Position numbers and translations under genes: made by a program. Below, one piece after another: positions 61,847 to 64,000 of a stretch of 64,000 nucleotides of DNA (the stretch's first letter is position 1; every line of letters starts with the position of its first letter). The notes under the pieces were generated by a model. The model ran no database searches, was not told the DNA's origin, and saw only the letters and a program-made list of their open reading frames with translations. The DNA lies in contig CAVXGR010000018.1 of NCBI GenBank assembly GCA_963761335.1, forward strand, positions 320,001-384,000, in the 5' to 3' direction. This DNA is from an uncultured delta proteobacterium (lineage in GTDB: Bacteria; Desulfobacterota; Binatia; HRBIN30; BPIQ01).

Positions 61847-64000
61847 ATTGCGTCTGACCGGCGCGCCGCTCGCAAGCGGCGCGCCGCGTCCGCTCTGCTC
61901 GCAGTAGCCGTCTCCCTTCTCACCGCGGCCCACGCTACCGCCGGCGGGCCGCGCGCCCACTACCGCATTCGCGCCGAGCTCGGCGAGGCGGCGCCGCAAA
62001 TCGACGGTACCGTCGAGATCGACTTCACCAACGGCACGCAGCGGGTGCTCGAAGAATGCCTGCTGTTCCTCTTTCCCAATCGCTTTGCCGCGCCGGGCCC
62101 TGGAATCAACGACTTCAACCGGCCGTACGTCTATCCGCATCAAGATTTCGATCCCGGCTGGATGCGCATTTCCGCTGCCTGGGATGCGGGGCGACCGGTG
62201 TCGGTGCAGCCGATGTCGGTGGAGAATGGGCCGTCGGGCACGGCGGTGCGGGTGCCGATTGCGCCCCTGGCCCCGGGAGAATCGCGGACCCTGCGCCTCG
62301 CCTTTCGCACGCGGCTGCCGTTCCGCTTCGGTCCGTTCGGAAGCTTCGATCAGCAGCTGACCGCGGTCGGCGGCTGGTACCCGTATCTGGCCGCGGTGGA
62401 CGCCAGCGGACGCTGGCGCACGGACTGGCCGCCGCCTCTCGCCGACTTCGACGTCGAGGTGTCGCCGCGCGTGCCGCTGGAGATGGTGCTCAACGGCCGC
62501 CCGTTCCCGGCCTCGGGCGCCGCCCGTGTGCAGCTGCGTCGGATTCACTACGTGAGCCTGGTGGCGGCGCCGCAACTGCTGCGCCGCGACACGCAGGCTG
62601 CGGGGCAGGACATCGTCTTTGTGCGCCGTCCGCCGTACTCGCTGGCGCGGGCTCACCGCATCACGCCGGAGCCACCACTACCCGAGATCGTGCTCGAGAC
62701 GCTGCAGCGCATCATCGACCACCGCCCAGCGCAGGTGCCGGCGCCGCGCCATCCTTTGCCCGTGATCCAGGCGCCGCTGCGGCTCGAGCTCACGGCGCCG
62801 GGGGAGGGGGCGGTGATCGTCTCCGACCGGGCCCTGGAGGTCTTTCCGATCCTGCGGCCGTTTCACGAGCTGCAGCTGGCCCAGAGCGTCTATGCCGAGC
62901 TGCTGCGCCCGCAGCTGGCGCGCCGCGAGCCGGCGGCGGACTACTGGTGGGTGAGCGAGGGGCTCTCTCGGGTCCTCGCGGATCGCTACATGGAAGACGT
63001 GCATCCGCGCGTCCGCAGCACGCAGGACTGGATCGAGCTGTTCAACATCTTCTCCATCGTCGATCGCTTCGAGAGCGAGCCCAAGATTCCGTTCGTTGGC
63101 GCCTTCTTCGAACGGGCGCGCGAGGCCGATCCACTGCACGCGCAGATCGCCTCGTTCAACTCCGACCTGCCCCCCGGCCGCGTCATCCTCGGCAAGCTCC
63201 GCCAGGAGGTCGGCGACCAGACCTTTGCCGAGATCGTCGATCGCTGCAGCCGCGGCGTGCTGCCGTTTCGGCGTTGCGCGGCGGCGGTCGCCGGCCGCGA
63301 TCTCGACCCCGTTCTCGATCAGTGGCTGGCGCCCTATCCGCAGATCGACTATCGCTTCGGCCCGCTCGACCTGAACCAGCCTGAGGACGGTCGGTACCGC
63401 AGCACGGTTACCGTGCGTCGCCAGGCGTCGCGAGCCGTCTTCGAGCCGGTGACCATCGGCCTGCGCAGCATCGGCGGCCGCGAGGTCGACGTGCGCTGGT
63501 CGGGGCGCGGGGAGGTCGGGCAGGTCTCTGCACAGACGCCGTGGCACGTGTGTCAGGTAGTGATCGATCCCCACCGGCGCCTAGTCGAGGACGACCGCAG
63601 CGACAATGCCTACCCGCTGCGCCCGCAGGTGGTGCTGGATACCGCCGAGGTCGAGATCAGCTCCACCGAGTTCGGTTTCTCCGGCCTGCTCGTCGGCCGC
63701 AACCGCTATGACTATCGCAAGGATCTGGCGGCGGCCGGTTTCTATACGAACCGCAGCATCGGTTTCACCGCTGGCGGCCGGCTCCATTGGGGTGAGCCGA
63801 TTGACACAACGCTCTATCCCCACAACCTGTACCTGTTCTACGGCTTTCAGGCGCTGAACGGCGATTTCGGCGTCACGACGCGCAACCCGGTTCGCACCCC
63901 TGGAAATCTGGCCGCGCTCGGCTTTCGCTACGACTACAGCAACGTTTTCTTCTTCGACAACCCGACCCACGAGCGCAGTCTGCGCCTGTATGGCGACTGG
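61847..64000 (+). CDS. Exported M1-aminopeptidase-like protein (HExxH absent) with probable Omp85-type barrel; 3'-truncated; not in ORF track
   Basis: Hand translation of this frame shows no stop to window end: signal peptide, YRI...IDG.V.I.FTN...LFPNRF, GWYPYL, WVSEGL, DL...DQWL, VIDP..RL.E..R.DN, then beta-strand pattern GFRYDYSN...DNPT. Confidence 0.75.
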   Translation, partial: MASDRRAARKRRAASALLAVAVSLLTAAHATAGGPRAHYRIRAELGEAAPQIDGTVEIDFTNGTQRVLEECLLFLFPNRFAAPGPGINDFNRPYVYPHQDFDPGWMRISAAWDAGRPVSVQPMSVENGPSGTAVRVPIAPLAPGESRTLRLAFRTRLPFRFGPFGSFDQQLTAVGGWYPYLAAVDASGRWRTDWPPPLADFDVEVSPRVPLEMVLNGRPFPASGAARVQLRRIHYVSLVAAPQLLRRDTQAAGQDIVFVRRPPYSLARAHRITPEPPLPEIVLETLQRIIDHRPAQVPAPRHPLPVIQAPLRLELTAPGEGAVIVSDRALEVFPILRPFHELQLAQSVYAELLRPQLARREPAADYWWVSEGLSRVLADRYMEDVHPRVRSTQDWIELFNIFSIVDRFESEPKIPFVGAFFERAREADPLHAQIASFNSDLPPGRVILGKLRQEVGDQTFAEIVDRCSRGVLPFRRCAAAVAGRDLDPVLDQWLAPYPQIDYRFGPLDLNQPEDGRYRSTVTVRRQASRAVFEPVTIGLRSIGGREVDVRWSGRGEVGQVSAQTPWHVCQVVIDPHRRLVEDDRSDNAYPLRPQVVLDTAEVEISSTEFGFSGLLVGRNRYDYRKDLAAAGFYTNRSIGFTAGGRLHWGEPIDTTLYPHNLYLFYGFQALNGDFGVTTRNPVRTPGNLAALGFRYDYSNVFFFDNPTHERSLRLYGDW

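Overview
GC-rich bacterial chromosomal window. Gene content and order look deltaproteobacterial-like, possibly Ca. Binatia/Desulfobacterota-related (inference only). It holds housekeeping blocks (fdhF end, dacA, dxr, dksA, tmk-holB-PSP1-metG-tatD, recO-GlyRS-ppdK-aroE, grpE-dnaK-dnaJ, thiL, larB, tRNA-Ala) and a remodelled type IVa pilus locus. In that locus pilS and pilR are fused into one membrane-anchored sigma54 activator with no kinase or receiver domain. pilT and pilA are missing from their usual positions, and two GT-C-like glycosyltransferases plus a flippase-like gene lie between pilI and pilD. Four sigma54 -24/-12 motifs precede pilC, pilG, one glycosyltransferase and a distant second PilB-like ATPase that carries zinc-ribbon and receiver domains. 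Intergenic DNA in the first 12 kb contains nested small elements: GTAG REPs, a 121-bp MITE inserted in a REP loop, inverted octamer arrays and BoxC-like hairpins. An ORF missed by the ORF track runs off the right end and looks like an inactive M1 peptidase fused to an Omp85-type barrel. No CRISPR array, integrase or transposase is visible. Many start codons were re-assigned by eye.
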